Origin: an uncultured cyanobacterium
GTDB taxonomy: Bacteria > Cyanobacteriota > Cyanobacteriia > Cyanobacteriales > Nostocaceae
Reading direction: 5' to 3'
DNA length: 64,000 bases
Assembly: GCA_963706595.1 (NCBI GenBank)
Contig: OY970166.1
Coordinates: forward strand, 4,416,001-4,480,000
Below are positions 51,914-63,244 of the stretch, one piece after another. Every line of letters starts with the position of its first letter. Position 1 is the first letter of the stretch. The notes under the pieces were generated by a model that was given only the letters and a program-made list of their open reading frames with translations, searched no databases and was not told the origin of the DNA. A program made the position numbers and the translations under genes.

Positions 51914-54505
51914 ATGTCGCAGTTTTATTTTGATACAAACAATAACGGTCATAAATCTTTTGAATTACCAGGCGCTAAACCGCACTACAACCCCGACCGT
52001 CCTGGACAAGTAGAGCATATTTTCCTGGATTTGTGTTTGGATATTCCTCGCCAAAGTTATCACGGTACTTGCAGCATACGTCTGTTACCGATCCGGAATG
52101 GCATTGACCGTTTGACGTTGGATGCTGTCAATCTGAAAATCCAGTCTGTACAGGTAGACGAAATAGCGCAGGATTTTGACTATAACGGCGAACAGCTAAC
52201 TATTCAACTTTCCCAACCAACACAGATTGCTAAACATTTGTTGATTGCGATCGCCTACTCAGTAGAAAAACCCCAACGCGGTATATACTTCATTCAACCA
52301 GACAAACATTACCCCAACAAACCCACCCAAGTTTGGACACAAGGCGAAGACGAAGACTCTCGTTTCTGGTTTCCCTGCTTCGACTATCCCGGACAACTTT
52401 CCACTTCCGAAATTCGGGTGCGCGTTCCCAAAGATTTAATTGCTATTTCCAACGGCGAACTCATCGACACCCAAAAAGATGGAGATGAAAAAATCTACCA
52501 TTGGTCACAACAGCAGATTCATCCTACCTACTTAATGACCTTAGCCGTCGGTGACTTTGCCGAAATTCGGGACGAATGGCAAGGTAAACCCGTCACCTAT
52601 TATGTAGAAAAGGGTAGAAAAGACGATGCTAAACGCAGCATGGGCAAAACTCCCCGCATGATGGAGTTTTTAAGCGAAAAGTATGGTTATGCTTATGCTT
52701 TTCCTAAATATGCCCAAGTTTGTGTAGATGACTTCATCTTTGGCGGGATGGAAAATACTTCCACAACCCTACTCACAGATAGATGTTTAATCGATGAACG
52801 CGCCGCCTTAGATAACCGTGGTACAGAAAGTTTAGTTGTTCACGAATTAGCGCACCAATGGTTTGGTGACTTACTGGTAATTAAACATTGGTCTCATGCT
52901 TGGATTAAGGAAGGGATGGCTTCCTACTCTGAAGTCATGTGGACAGAACATGAATATGGCGACCAAGAAGCCGCATATTATCGATTATTAGAAGCCAGAA
53001 GTTACTTAAGCGAAGATAGTCACCGCTACCGCCGCCCAATGGTAACTCATGTTTACCGAGAAGCCATCGAACTTTATGACCGCCATATCTACGAAAAAGG
53101 ATCTTGTGTTTATCACATGATTCGGGCGGAATTAGGAGAAGAATTATTTTGGCCAGCAATTCACACCTTTGTTCAAGATCATGCCCATAAAACTGTCGAA
53201 ACAGTAGACTTACTCCGCGCCATTGAAAAGGCGACTGGGCGTAATTTGGCATACCTCTTTGATCAATACGTTTATCGTGGTGGTCATCCTGATTTTAAAG
53301 TAGCTTACTCTTGGGATGGAGATGCTAATTTAGCCAAAGTCACAGTCACTCAAACCCAAGCCGACAAAAATGATAGTAAAGATTTGTTTGACCTGAAAAT
53401 CCCCATTGGTTTTGGTTACACTCAACCAAGTAAAACTGCACAACTTAACACTTTCACTGTGCGGGTAAATCAACGGGAACAAAGCTTTTACTTCCCCTTA
53501 GCAGAAAAACCGCAATTTGTCAGCTTTGATGTGGGAAATCATTTCCTCAAAACGGTGACTTTGGAGTATTCAATCCCAGAGTTGAAAGCCCAGTTAGAAT
53601 TTGACCCTAACCCCATTTCTCGGATCTATGCAGCCGAAGCTTTAGCCAAAAAAGGTGGATTAGAAGCTACCAATGCTTTGTCAGATGCACTCAAACATGA
53701 TTCATTTTGGGGTGTGCAGGTCGAAGTCGCGAAACAACTAGCCGAAATTAAGTTAGATCAAGCCTTTGATGGGTTAGTTCCCGGATTACAAGACCAAAAT
53801 GCTTTTGTGCGGCGTGCGGTGGTAGAAGCATTGGCGACCATCAAAACCTATGACAGTTACAAAGCCGTGAAAAAGTTGGTTAAACATGGCGATCCTAGTT
53901 ACTACGTGGAAGCAGCCGCAAGTCGGGCTGTGGGGTCAATCGCAGCTGTGAATTTGGCAGATAAACCCAAAGAAGAAAAGGTAATTAAACTGCTGCAATC
54001 CGTTTTAGAATCAAGGGCGGGCTGGAATGAAGTTGTGCGGAGTGGTGCAATTGGCGGTTTAGCTGAACTGAAAACTTCAGAAGCTGCTTTAAATCTGCTG
54101 CTAGAATACACAAAACTTGGTATCCCGCAACCGTTGCGTTTAGCCACAATTCGGGCTTTAGGCAAGATTTCTGTGGGTCAAAGTCCGATGAATTTAGAAC
54201 GGATTTTAGAAAAGTTAGCAGAACTAGCCAAAGAAACCTTCTTTTTAACCCAAGTGGCTGTAGTCATGGCTTTGGGACAAATGGAAACTCGCAAAGCTAT
54301 GGGGATTTTGCAATCGCTAGCCGACCAAACAGCCGACGGGCGTGTGCGTCGCTATGCTGAAGAGGAAATTTCCAAGGTGCAAAAAAATGTGGGGACAGAC
54401 AACGCATTGCGCCAAATGCGGGAGGAACTAGACCAACTCAAGCAACAAAACCAAGAACTGAAAAGTCGCTTGGAAGGTTTGGAAGCAAAATCTAATAGTC
54501 ATTAG
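51914..54505 (+). CDS. pepN: M1 family aminopeptidase with HEAT repeats
   Basis: GGMEN, HELAHQW...E; C-terminal HEAT repeats and coiled coil. Confidence 0.9.
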   Translation: MSQFYFDTNNNGHKSFELPGAKPHYNPDRPGQVEHIFLDLCLDIPRQSYHGTCSIRLLPIRNGIDRLTLDAVNLKIQSVQVDEIAQDFDYNGEQLTIQLSQPTQIAKHLLIAIAYSVEKPQRGIYFIQPDKHYPNKPTQVWTQGEDEDSRFWFPCFDYPGQLSTSEIRVRVPKDLIAISNGELIDTQKDGDEKIYHWSQQQIHPTYLMTLAVGDFAEIRDEWQGKPVTYYVEKGRKDDAKRSMGKTPRMMEFLSEKYGYAYAFPKYAQVCVDDFIFGGMENTSTTLLTDRCLIDERAALDNRGTESLVVHELAHQWFGDLLVIKHWSHAWIKEGMASYSEVMWTEHEYGDQEAAYYRLLEARSYLSEDSHRYRRPMVTHVYREAIELYDRHIYEKGSCVYHMIRAELGEELFWPAIHTFVQDHAHKTVETVDLLRAIEKATGRNLAYLFDQYVYRGGHPDFKVAYSWDGDANLAKVTVTQTQADKNDSKDLFDLKIPIGFGYTQPSKTAQLNTFTVRVNQREQSFYFPLAEKPQFVSFDVGNHFLKTVTLEYSIPELKAQLEFDPNPISRIYAAEALAKKGGLEATNALSDALKHDSFWGVQVEVAKQLAEIKLDQAFDGLVPGLQDQNAFVRRAVVEALATIKTYDSYKAVKKLVKHGDPSYYVEAAASRAVGSIAAVNLADKPKEEKVIKLLQSVLESRAGWNEVVRSGAIGGLAELKTSEAALNLLLEYTKLGIPQPLRLATIRALGKISVGQSPMNLERILEKLAELAKETFFLTQVAVVMALGQMETRKAMGILQSLADQTADGRVRRYAEEEISKVQKNVGTDNALRQMREELDQLKQQNQELKSRLEGLEAKSNSH

Positions 54506-54543
54506 TCATTGGTCATTGGTCATTGGTTATTGGTTATTGGTCA
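54498..54543. repeat. STRR heptamer array (GTCATTG/GTTATTG)
   Basis: Read directly; further CCCTACT/CCCCACT units to ~54712. Confidence 0.8.
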
Positions 54544-54924
54544 TGAGATGGGGTAGTGATGATGAGGAAAACTTCTTCCCTACTCCCTACTCCCCAGAAG
54601 AAGCAGGGGGTACTGGTGCAGGGTGCAAGGGGGAGTTAGAAATAGAAATTACTTTAAACTTGTTTACTTAACAACCGTTCCTCTTCTCCCCCACTCCCTA
54701 CTCCCCACTCCCTAATTTGTACTTTTATAAAGTATAATTAAGGAAAAGATAAAAACATCTGGAAAGTAATCTAGCCTCAAACGGCCAAGAAGACTACCAG
54801 GAAACAATTTAAATTCCTAGTTTTTGATACAAAAGTACACAAAATCCCGACATACAATTAATTTGTACGTGGGGACATAAAAAACGCAAGTATATAATTC
54901 CCAGTTGAAGAGGTATGTAAAGGC

Positions 54925-56649
54925 GTGGGTCAGAATCAGCCCGGTCAGCTAAGACGCTACAATTCAGACGCGATCGCTCGTCACTATCGTTACCGTCCCT
55001 GGCTTGCTTGGGGACGAATGTTACAAGTTATCTGGTCTTTTGCTGTATTTATTTTGAGTCTCAAGTGGGACGACTGGCAAGATAAAGTTGAGCAAAACAA
55101 AGGGAAACGCGCTACACAATTACGAGAACTACTCACTAGACTTGGCCCGACATTTATTAAAGTAGGTCAAGCCCTATCCACTCGGCCAGATTTGGTACGT
55201 AAAGATTTCCTAGAGGAACTGATTAAACTGCAAGATCAGTTACCACCATTTGATAATGCGATCGCTTATCAAATTATCGAAACCGAATTAGACAGATCCA
55301 TCTCTGACATTTACAGCGAATTGTCACCTAGCCCAGTGGCTGCTGCTAGTTTAGGGCAAGTATATCGTGGTCGTCTACTAACTGGCGAAGAAGTAGCTGT
55401 AAAAGTGCAGCGTCCCAACTTACGCCCAGTCATCACACTCGACCTTTATCTGATGCGCTGGATAGCTGGCTGGTTAGCACCATGGCTACCCCTGAATCTC
55501 GGTCACGATCTCAGTTTAATTGTGGACGAATTCGGCATCAAGTTATTTGAAGAAATTGATTACATCAATGAAGGTCGTAACGCCGAAAAATTTGCCAGCA
55601 ATTTCCGCAACGATCCGCGAGTTAAAATTCCGGATATTTACTGGAGTTATACCAACACTCATGTTTTAACTCTGGAATGGATTAATGGCTTCAAACTCAC
55701 CGATACTGACAGAATCAAAGCCGCAGGTTTAGACCCAGAGGAAATTATTCAAATTGCGGTAACATCCGGACTGCAACAGCTATTGGAACACGGCTTTTTC
55801 CATGCTGACCCCCACCCAGGAAATTTGTTTGCTATGCCTGATGGACGCATGGCTTACATTGATTTCGGCATGATGGATCAGCTAGAGGAAAACACTAAAG
55901 AAACTGTAGTAGATGCGCTAGTACATCTGGTAAACAAAGACTACGCCGATTTAGCCGCAGATTTTGTCGCATTAGGTTTTCTCACACCAAACACGAATAT
56001 TTGCCCCATTATCCCAGCCTTAGAATCAGTATTGGGAAATGCCATTGGCAAAAATGTCAATGAATTTAACTTCAGAACCATAACTGACGAGTTCTCGGAA
56101 CTGATGTATGAATATCCGTTTCGAGTTCCGGCCAAGTTCGCCTTGATTATTCGTTCTCTGGTGACTCAAGAAGGTATTGCCCTCAGTCTCAATCCAAACT
56201 TCAAAATTGTAGAAGTGGGTTATCCCTACATAGCACGACGCTTACTAACTGGCGAATCTCCTGAATTAAGGCGGCGACTATTGAACGTCTTATTTAAAGA
56301 TGGTAAATTCCAGTGGGAACGCTTAGAGAATTTAATCGAAATTGCTCGTACTGATAGCAACTTTGATGTCTTGCCGACAGCGCAAATGGGATTACAATAT
56401 CTCATGTCTGAAGAAGGCAAATTTCTCCGCCGAGAGTTCGTATTAGCACTCACCGAAGATGACCGTCTTCATACAGAAGAAGTTCAACGCCTATGGGATT
56501 TGGTGAAAGAAGACATTAAACCAAATCGGTTGTTAGACGTAGCCATTGGTATGTTGACAGAGTTATCAAGAGAAAGCGTAGCGGCTATCATTCCCCAATC
56601 TGGTTTCTTCGCTGCTTTTAGTGCTGTGCAACCAAACAGTAAAAAATAA
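54925..56649 (+). CDS. ABC1/UbiB (AarF) atypical kinase
   Basis: LGPTFIKVGQ, AAASLGQVY, VAVKVQRP, HADPHPGN, DFG. Confidence 0.92.
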   Translation: MGQNQPGQLRRYNSDAIARHYRYRPWLAWGRMLQVIWSFAVFILSLKWDDWQDKVEQNKGKRATQLRELLTRLGPTFIKVGQALSTRPDLVRKDFLEELIKLQDQLPPFDNAIAYQIIETELDRSISDIYSELSPSPVAAASLGQVYRGRLLTGEEVAVKVQRPNLRPVITLDLYLMRWIAGWLAPWLPLNLGHDLSLIVDEFGIKLFEEIDYINEGRNAEKFASNFRNDPRVKIPDIYWSYTNTHVLTLEWINGFKLTDTDRIKAAGLDPEEIIQIAVTSGLQQLLEHGFFHADPHPGNLFAMPDGRMAYIDFGMMDQLEENTKETVVDALVHLVNKDYADLAADFVALGFLTPNTNICPIIPALESVLGNAIGKNVNEFNFRTITDEFSELMYEYPFRVPAKFALIIRSLVTQEGIALSLNPNFKIVEVGYPYIARRLLTGESPELRRRLLNVLFKDGKFQWERLENLIEIARTDSNFDVLPTAQMGLQYLMSEEGKFLRREFVLALTEDDRLHTEEVQRLWDLVKEDIKPNRLLDVAIGMLTELSRESVAAIIPQSGFFAAFSAVQPNSKK

Positions 56650-56700
56650 ACAGACTAAAATTTTTACTGCATAACTTTTTAATATCAATTTGGAGTTTTC

Positions 56701-57069
56701 ATGTACTATTTCCCGGAACAACCACCTTATTTTCTGTTAATTATTGGTTTTTTAATTGCATTGACTTCTGGTCTAGCCTTATCTGGCACACTCAAAGTAA
56801 TAGTGCAGCAATGGCCAGAAGATAATGCCAAAAGTTCTAAATCTGCTTCCTCATTAAAACAGTTATTTGTGCCATTTCTGGGAATTACTGTCGGTGTTTC
56901 TGTATTCCTCTCATCAGGTTTAGAGATATTTGGTTTTCCGTCCCCCTTGGCTTTAGGAATTGGTTTACCAGTCAGTTTTCTGACTTGTTTACTGGTCTGG
57001 CTGCAATTGGGAAGTCTGCTCACTTTTGCCCAACGCGAAGGAATGCAAGCTCTAGATTTAGATTCTTGA
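56701..57069 (+). CDS. Small membrane protein
   Basis: Three hydrophobic segments. Confidence 0.65.
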   Translation: MYYFPEQPPYFLLIIGFLIALTSGLALSGTLKVIVQQWPEDNAKSSKSASSLKQLFVPFLGITVGVSVFLSSGLEIFGFPSPLALGIGLPVSFLTCLLVWLQLGSLLTFAQREGMQALDLDS

Positions 57070-57102
57070 TCTGATAACTATTCATAATTACAATTTATTG
57101 TG

Positions 57103-57143
57103 AAGTGCTGAATATATTCCACGTTTTTATTCAGCACTTTTTT
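57103..57143. terminator. Terminator-like hairpin between convergent genes
   Basis: AAGTGCTGAATA ... TATTCAGCACTT followed by a T-run. Confidence 0.6.
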
Positions 57144-57158
57144 TGTTAATAATTAACT

Positions 57159-57932
57159 TTAGTTATAGTAAAATTCAGCATTTTTTAAAGCCATGACTCT
57201 AGCTAAATTTAAACGGTAGTGATAGCCAATTCTGCGTTGCCATTTTTCCCATAAAGTCTTCTGCTTATTGCTATAGGAAGCATCCGTGTGATGCATAACA
57301 TCTTTAATTTCTTGCCAGCCATCTTGGTAAATAGTCCACCCCACCTTAGTAGCAGCTATTCCCATTGCATTACCTGCACCAGCATGAATTCCTCTTAATT
57401 CTAAATACCTGCCAATCATTGCCCAAGTTTTTAAGTAATCGATTTCCCTACCATTGTCTCTAGCAATAACAAATAAAGATTCTCCCACATAAGTCACAGT
57501 TTCTAAATCTATGTTGAAATGTGAAGCCACTTTTTGAAGAGATGGTAATCTTTCAGGAGTATACTGGGTGACGTGTTCTACCAAGTTTTCATAGTGTCCG
57601 ACTGTGATTCCTGGTTTCCACTGTATATTCTCTGGTAAAGGAGCTAATATTCTTGTATCTGCATCAATATGAACTGCCGCCGGAAATTTTGACAACGCTA
57701 TTTCCATGAGAATGCTTTTATCATGATAACAATGCAGAATCCCCTTTTGGCGATGTTTAAAAGCTAAAACATTAGAATTGTCTTGAAAACAACTTGGTTC
57801 GTCTGTTAATACTAACAATTTAGTCCCAGGAGCATATTTCTCTAAATCACTAGCCAATTGTTGAGCTAGCAGACGATATTTATTTCTTAAGGCTAAGGTA
57901 CAAAAGCAGAAATCTTTTTGTTCGTGATTCAT
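57159..57932 (-). CDS. Hypothetical protein, possibly GT-A-fold
   Basis: FCTLAL, VLTD, HIDAD (DxD). Confidence 0.55.
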   Translation of the reverse strand: MNHEQKDFCFCTLALRNKYRLLAQQLASDLEKYAPGTKLLVLTDEPSCFQDNSNVLAFKHRQKGILHCYHDKSILMEIALSKFPAAVHIDADTRILAPLPENIQWKPGITVGHYENLVEHVTQYTPERLPSLQKVASHFNIDLETVTYVGESLFVIARDNGREIDYLKTWAMIGRYLELRGIHAGAGNAMGIAATKVGWTIYQDGWQEIKDVMHHTDASYSNKQKTLWEKWQRRIGYHYRLNLARVMALKNAEFYYN

Positions 57933-58409
57933 AAACTGCTTACTAGCTAGTATTTTATGGTAATTTTAGTATAGAATTAAGGATCAACAAGAGAATTTAA
58001 AAGCTATTATACAGTAAAAATTAGAGGATGAATGCACCAGTCTCATTGATTACTAGCCCTGGCGACTAAAAGTGGAGGCTACACAAACTAAACCCGCACT
58101 TCGGCAAGTGTTACAGTCAGCTTGTGGAACTGCTCAGTGACCACCTTTGGGGGTTAAAAACCTTGATTTTTCATTAGTCCAGGTCAGTGCTGTGCTTTTG
58201 TAGTGGTGTATCGCGAAAGGGAAAGGTACGCTAACGCGGAGCGTGCCGGAGGCTCTATTATTATATTCACCCAAATAACTTTAAAACAACATCCTTTTTA
58301 GAGATATTGTCTCTGTCTGCTGTCTGAGTTATGAGATACTAGAGTTCTGATATAAATTAACTTATTAGCTCAATAATTCGAGCGTTGGGAACGTGGGAGG
58401 GGTCAGAGA

Positions 58410-59642
58410 GTGGCTGATGATAAAAGTGGAGTAATGCCAGAACAGATTGATTACCAAGATTTTTCCTGGCCTTTCTGGTTTACATTGCCACTCTACCCTT
58501 ATGGCAAACGGCGGACAATCCGTAAAGAAGTAGTTAAAGACACAATCTGGACTTTTGACCAAATGCAGGGGATTTTCTACGTTGTTGTGCCAATTCGCAT
58601 GACCGTAGTTAAGCTGGATGAAGGTGGTCTTTTTGTATACGCTCCCGTTGCACCTACCCCTGAATGTATCCGATTTGTGAAAGAGTTGGTGGCAGAACAC
58701 GGTGATGTTAAATATATTATTTTGCCAACCGTCTCCGGGCTAGAACACAAAGTCTTTGTTGGTCCCTTTGCCAGATATTTTCCCAGCGCACAGGTGTTTG
58801 TGGCCCCTCATCAATGGAGTTTTCCCTTAAATCTTCCCCTCAGTTGGCTGGGATTACCTGCTAAATATACGCAGGTATTACCGGAAGATAGTAGTAAAAC
58901 ACCATTCGCTGACCAGTTTGACTATGCGATTCTCGGTCCGATTGAGTTGGGTCCGGGAAGGTTTGCAGAAGTGGCATTTTTCCACAAGCGATCGCATACT
59001 TTATTAGTAACAGATTCAGTAATATCTGTATCAGCCGATCCGCCAGCGATCGTACAATTAGATCCATATCCCTTGCTATTTCATGCCAAAGACAAGGCAT
59101 CTGATCTGATTGCAGATACTCACGCAAATCGCCGTAAAGGATGGCAACGGGTTTCGTTATTTGCTTTGTATTTTCGTCCCAGTGTTTTAGAAGTGGTCGG
59201 ATTGGGTAAAGTATTACGCGATGCGATTAAAGCACCCAATCGCTCACAAAAAGCCTATTTTGGCTTATTTCCCTTTAAATGGCCATCAGATTGGCAGCGC
59301 TCATTTGATATACTCAGAGGTGAGGGTCGTTTGTTTGTCGCACCCATTTTGCAAACGCTGATTCTCAACCGCGCGCCAAGAGAAACCATTGACTGGGCCC
59401 AGAAGGTGGCGAGTTGGAATTTTGAGTGGATTATTCCTTGTCACTTCGATGCACCGCTTCCAGCAAAACCGGAGCAGTTTCGTCAAGCATTCTCCTTTCT
59501 AGAAAAGCATCCGGCTACCAGTGCAAGTTTGTTAAGTAGTAATAGTTATCCCTTACCAGAGGAGGATTTTCAACTACTTAGAGATATTGATCAAGGTTTA
59601 ATAAAAACTGGCATTGTGCCACCAGCAAAGGAGAAAGTGTAG
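58410..59642 (+). CDS. DUF4336 (metallo-beta-lactamase-like) protein
   Basis: RMTVVKL, GLEHK, TLLVTD, IIPCH. Confidence 0.82.
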   Translation: MADDKSGVMPEQIDYQDFSWPFWFTLPLYPYGKRRTIRKEVVKDTIWTFDQMQGIFYVVVPIRMTVVKLDEGGLFVYAPVAPTPECIRFVKELVAEHGDVKYIILPTVSGLEHKVFVGPFARYFPSAQVFVAPHQWSFPLNLPLSWLGLPAKYTQVLPEDSSKTPFADQFDYAILGPIELGPGRFAEVAFFHKRSHTLLVTDSVISVSADPPAIVQLDPYPLLFHAKDKASDLIADTHANRRKGWQRVSLFALYFRPSVLEVVGLGKVLRDAIKAPNRSQKAYFGLFPFKWPSDWQRSFDILRGEGRLFVAPILQTLILNRAPRETIDWAQKVASWNFEWIIPCHFDAPLPAKPEQFRQAFSFLEKHPATSASLLSSNSYPLPEEDFQLLRDIDQGLIKTGIVPPAKEKV

Positions 59643-59889
59643 GCTAAAATCTGAACGATGGGCGACAGGGGGCTGTGAATCCCAGCCATTAAAAGTAGTG
59701 ATTGCTGCTGAACATTTGAGCATAATTAAGCTAAAAATTGAATATATAGCTTTGAGAAGGTCGCCTCAATAGAAAGTTTCAAAACCCTCAAAAACCCCAA
59801 AAAAGCGATTGTACACAGATAAATCAGTACCCCAGCAGATTCAGAAACGCGATCACCGAATTATCTTTTAAGCAAAACGTAGTTTTATT

Positions 59890-60402
59890 ATGCCCAGTTC
59901 CAAAATATTCACTACATCTTTTGACTTTCAAGAAGTTTACCCTTGTCCCGTCTGTCGCGTCGGTAAAATTTCTCGGATGCCAATGATGGAAACTATGGCT
60001 TGTGATTTCTGCCATGAAATTTTTACCGTTAACCTAGAACAACAACAAATCAAGATGCCTTCTCGGCAACCTCCCCTGATTTGGCGCTGGAATGGCTTTA
60101 ATTGGACAGAAGCCCAGTTGGAGGGCTTTGAATTGGGTTGGGGTTATGGGCTAGCCGCTATTGCTTTTGTGGTGCTGCCCACAAGCTTAATTGGTCTAGT
60201 CGCTTACTACTTTCCGGCAATAGCTCATGATCCGATTACTTGGATACCATATATTTGGACAATATTAACTTTCTTGTTACATTTATCGATTATTCTGTGG
60301 ATTTTAGTGGAGATTTATCAAATTCCTGTTGTCGCTTATTTCAGAGCCATGAATCGGTGGCGCAATGGCATGATGGCGAGATATCGACGCTCTCCTGACT
60401 AG
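59890..60402 (+). CDS. Hypothetical zinc-ribbon membrane protein
   Basis: CPVC...CDFC plus two TM segments. Confidence 0.6.
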   Translation: MPSSKIFTTSFDFQEVYPCPVCRVGKISRMPMMETMACDFCHEIFTVNLEQQQIKMPSRQPPLIWRWNGFNWTEAQLEGFELGWGYGLAAIAFVVLPTSLIGLVAYYFPAIAHDPITWIPYIWTILTFLLHLSIILWILVEIYQIPVVAYFRAMNRWRNGMMARYRRSPD

Positions 60403-60477
60403 AAGTCAGGAGATTCACTACTAGGCTTTACACCCAGACTTAGCTTAAGGTTTCGTTGCTCTGGGCTTGGAAAACAC

Positions 60478-61083
60478 TTAACGACACTGGCGATATTTAA
60501 TATGATAGACTAAACCACGGTGAGCGAGGTCAAAGGAGTCAACAGTCGCCATTCCCTTACCACGGGCGCTCATTGCCGCATTCACACGCATATTTGCACT
60601 GTCGCCACAGCGTGACCAAATATCACCTACAGTTGCTAATTGATCTCGAACGTTGTAGTCACTTTCGCCTTTAAATGTCCTAGAAAAAACAGGTCCCCTC
60701 TGACCAGCAAAGAAGTATTCTGCTCTTAGCCTCCCAGTTGTGTTGGGAGCAACATAGCCCCGATAATCAGCATCATAAAGGGAGATTTGAAAGCCTTGGG
60801 GTACTTTAATCGGAATGCTCAAGTTACAACTTCTGCGACTTTTTGCTACATCATTTCCCAGAGCGATAAACTGATCAAATAGAATACTTAGCTCTTGTCC
60901 ATCGGGACTGACGCTCACACTAGCCGAACCAGCAGGACAACCGTTACCACCATATTCTGCACCGACAATTTCAACTTTGTTGTTAGCAAGGGCGGGACCG
61001 ACAGAAGCCGTCATCAGTGTAGCCGCAGCCAGAAAAGCTTTGGCAAAGTTGACAGATGTGTTTTTGAAGCTTTGATGATTCAT
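60478..61083 (-). CDS. DUF4360 secreted protein
   Basis: Signal peptide; YGGNGCPAGS, ILFDQF, RRSCNL, DYRG, WSRCG. Confidence 0.8.
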   Translation of the reverse strand: MNHQSFKNTSVNFAKAFLAAATLMTASVGPALANNKVEIVGAEYGGNGCPAGSASVSVSPDGQELSILFDQFIALGNDVAKSRRSCNLSIPIKVPQGFQISLYDADYRGYVAPNTTGRLRAEYFFAGQRGPVFSRTFKGESDYNVRDQLATVGDIWSRCGDSANMRVNAAMSARGKGMATVDSFDLAHRGLVYHIKYRQCR

Positions 61084-61616
61084 GAGTTACCTGCCTTGAT
61101 TATTATCGATGGTGTTAGCTCCAAATTGGATGCAGCGAATTTCGGAAATTTGAATGATTAAATTTATCCCACGAAGCCAGCGGTGTTGGTAGGTTAAGAT
61201 CCCAAGCCACCGAGAACAATTGCTTCTAGCCAAACAATCAGAATTAAATGCCACGATTTTGTCAGTATTTGTTTTGCATAAAAATCTTTTATTGTCAATA
61301 TCTAGATCAAGTGAGAAAATGGGTATAGGGCTGATTACAAATAACTACATCGATACAAAACTACACGTTTAACCAGGCGATCGCAGTAAAGTTTCGGTGT
61401 ATACAAAGAAGGTAGAGTATTTTAAAATTTGCCCACAAAAAGGTTATTTATGAACTGAGTTAGCTAAGACACCCTTGTATAATATTTAAATATCAGTATT
61501 GAATTTAGAGCCGATAGGGAGAAGCTCTGGTTGAATTGATTTATACCTGTGGACAAAAACCCGCCGACGGGCTGTCAAAACAGGAATTAAAACCGATTCC
61601 AGTCTTATGAGTAGAT

Positions 61617-62330
61617 TTGAGTAGGTTTTATCTAGCGGCTGCATCACTCATACTTAATTTGATTGTTGACAAAAATATCATAATGAGCGAGATGGAGCAG
61701 TATTATAGAGTTTTAGAAATAGAACCTGGAGCAACACTTGAGGAAGTCAATCAAGCTTATAAAGACTTGGTTTTTATTTGGCATCCTGATCGCATTCCTC
61801 AAGAAAATCACCGCTTACAGAAGAAAGCCCAAGACAAGCTCAAAGCCATTAATGAAGCTCGTGATAAATTGCGCTCTTTACATGGTAAGCAGAAAAACAT
61901 TTATCATTCTCCAGCATCTCAAGCAAAAACACCACCTGAAAGTACCTACAAACCACCTAAGACTAACCCTGATTTAAGTGGAAAAGATTTTAGTGGCTCG
62001 AACTTAAGCAACAAAGATTTATCTGGCAGAAATTTGAGTTACGCTGATTTGAGTGGGGCTGATTTGAGTGATACTTTTATGCACAAAGTTATTCTCCGAG
62101 GGGCAAATTTATCCTCGGCAAATTTGTTTCGAGCTAACTTACTTTTAGCCGATATGAGAGAAGCTAACTTGCGCTCTACTAACTTGATTGGTGCGGATTT
62201 GAGTGGAGCCGACTTGCGCGGAGCCGACTTAACAGGAGCGCGGATTCGTTCAGGCGATCGCCTACTGGTAAAATTGATTGGTGCTAACTTAGCTGGGGCA
62301 ATTATGCCTGATGGTGTTATCCATAGTTAA
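61617..62330 (+). CDS. DnaJ-domain plus pentapeptide repeat protein (start probably ~61683)
   Basis: YY.VLE...WHPD...INEA J-domain; ANL repeats. Confidence 0.88.
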   Translation: MSRFYLAAASLILNLIVDKNIIMSEMEQYYRVLEIEPGATLEEVNQAYKDLVFIWHPDRIPQENHRLQKKAQDKLKAINEARDKLRSLHGKQKNIYHSPASQAKTPPESTYKPPKTNPDLSGKDFSGSNLSNKDLSGRNLSYADLSGADLSDTFMHKVILRGANLSSANLFRANLLLADMREANLRSTNLIGADLSGADLRGADLTGARIRSGDRLLVKLIGANLAGAIMPDGVIHS

Positions 62331-62400
62331 CATCAGTACATAAAGAAGGTATTGTTAACGTAAAGATGCCGACTATAAACTCGAAAAATCAGCTTTATTT

Positions 62401-63225
62401 ATGAATATTGCCATTATTGGTTGTGGTTACGTTGGCTGTGCAGTTGCTCAATTGTGGCAGCAAAAGATGACCTTTATGGTTACAGCTACCACAACTACCC
62501 CTGAGCGTGTCTCGACTTTACAAAGTGTAGCCCAAAAAGTTGTAGTCACCCAAGGAAATGACCGAGAAAAACTAAAATCTGTCTTGCAAAATCAAGATAT
62601 TGTGTTGTTGAGTATCGGCGCAAAAGGGTCAAATTTATATGAAGATACTTATCTGAATACTGCGAAAACTCTAGTTGAAATTTTCCAAGATACTCCTAGT
62701 GTTAAGCAAGTAATATATACTGGAAGTTATTCAGTTTATGGCGACCATAATGGTGCTGTGGTAGATGAAGAAACCCTAGCGACACCAAGCCATGATCATG
62801 GAAAAATTCTCAAAGCAACTGAAGATATATTGCTAGGAGCATCTAGTGAAAAGCTCCGTGTTTGTATCTTAAGATTGGGGGGTATTTATGGACCGAACAG
62901 GGAACTGATCAAAATATTTAGTAGAGTTCCTGGTACAACTCGTCCCGGTAATGGTGAAGATGTCGCTAATTGGATTCACTTGGATGATATTGTTGGGGCG
63001 ATAGAATTTGCGCGTCTAAATCATTTGCAAGGTATTTATAATCTGGTAGATGATGCTGGTTTAACCAGTGGAGAGTTACTTGATAAATTAATGGAAACAC
63101 ACAATTTACCCCAAGTAAAATGGGATCACACTGCCAAAACTAACCGTCCATATAATGCGAAAGTATCCAATCAAAAAATCAAAGCTGCTGGCTATAAATT
63201 AATTCGTCCAAAGATGATTTTTTAA
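62401..63225 (+). CDS. NAD-dependent epimerase/dehydratase (SDR)
   Basis: GCGYVG, LRLGGIYGP, IHLDD. Confidence 0.88.
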   Translation: MNIAIIGCGYVGCAVAQLWQQKMTFMVTATTTTPERVSTLQSVAQKVVVTQGNDREKLKSVLQNQDIVLLSIGAKGSNLYEDTYLNTAKTLVEIFQDTPSVKQVIYTGSYSVYGDHNGAVVDEETLATPSHDHGKILKATEDILLGASSEKLRVCILRLGGIYGPNRELIKIFSRVPGTTRPGNGEDVANWIHLDDIVGAIEFARLNHLQGIYNLVDDAGLTSGELLDKLMETHNLPQVKWDHTAKTNRPYNAKVSNQKIKAAGYKLIRPKMIF

Positions 63226-63244
63226 TAGCTTTTAACTAATTCCT

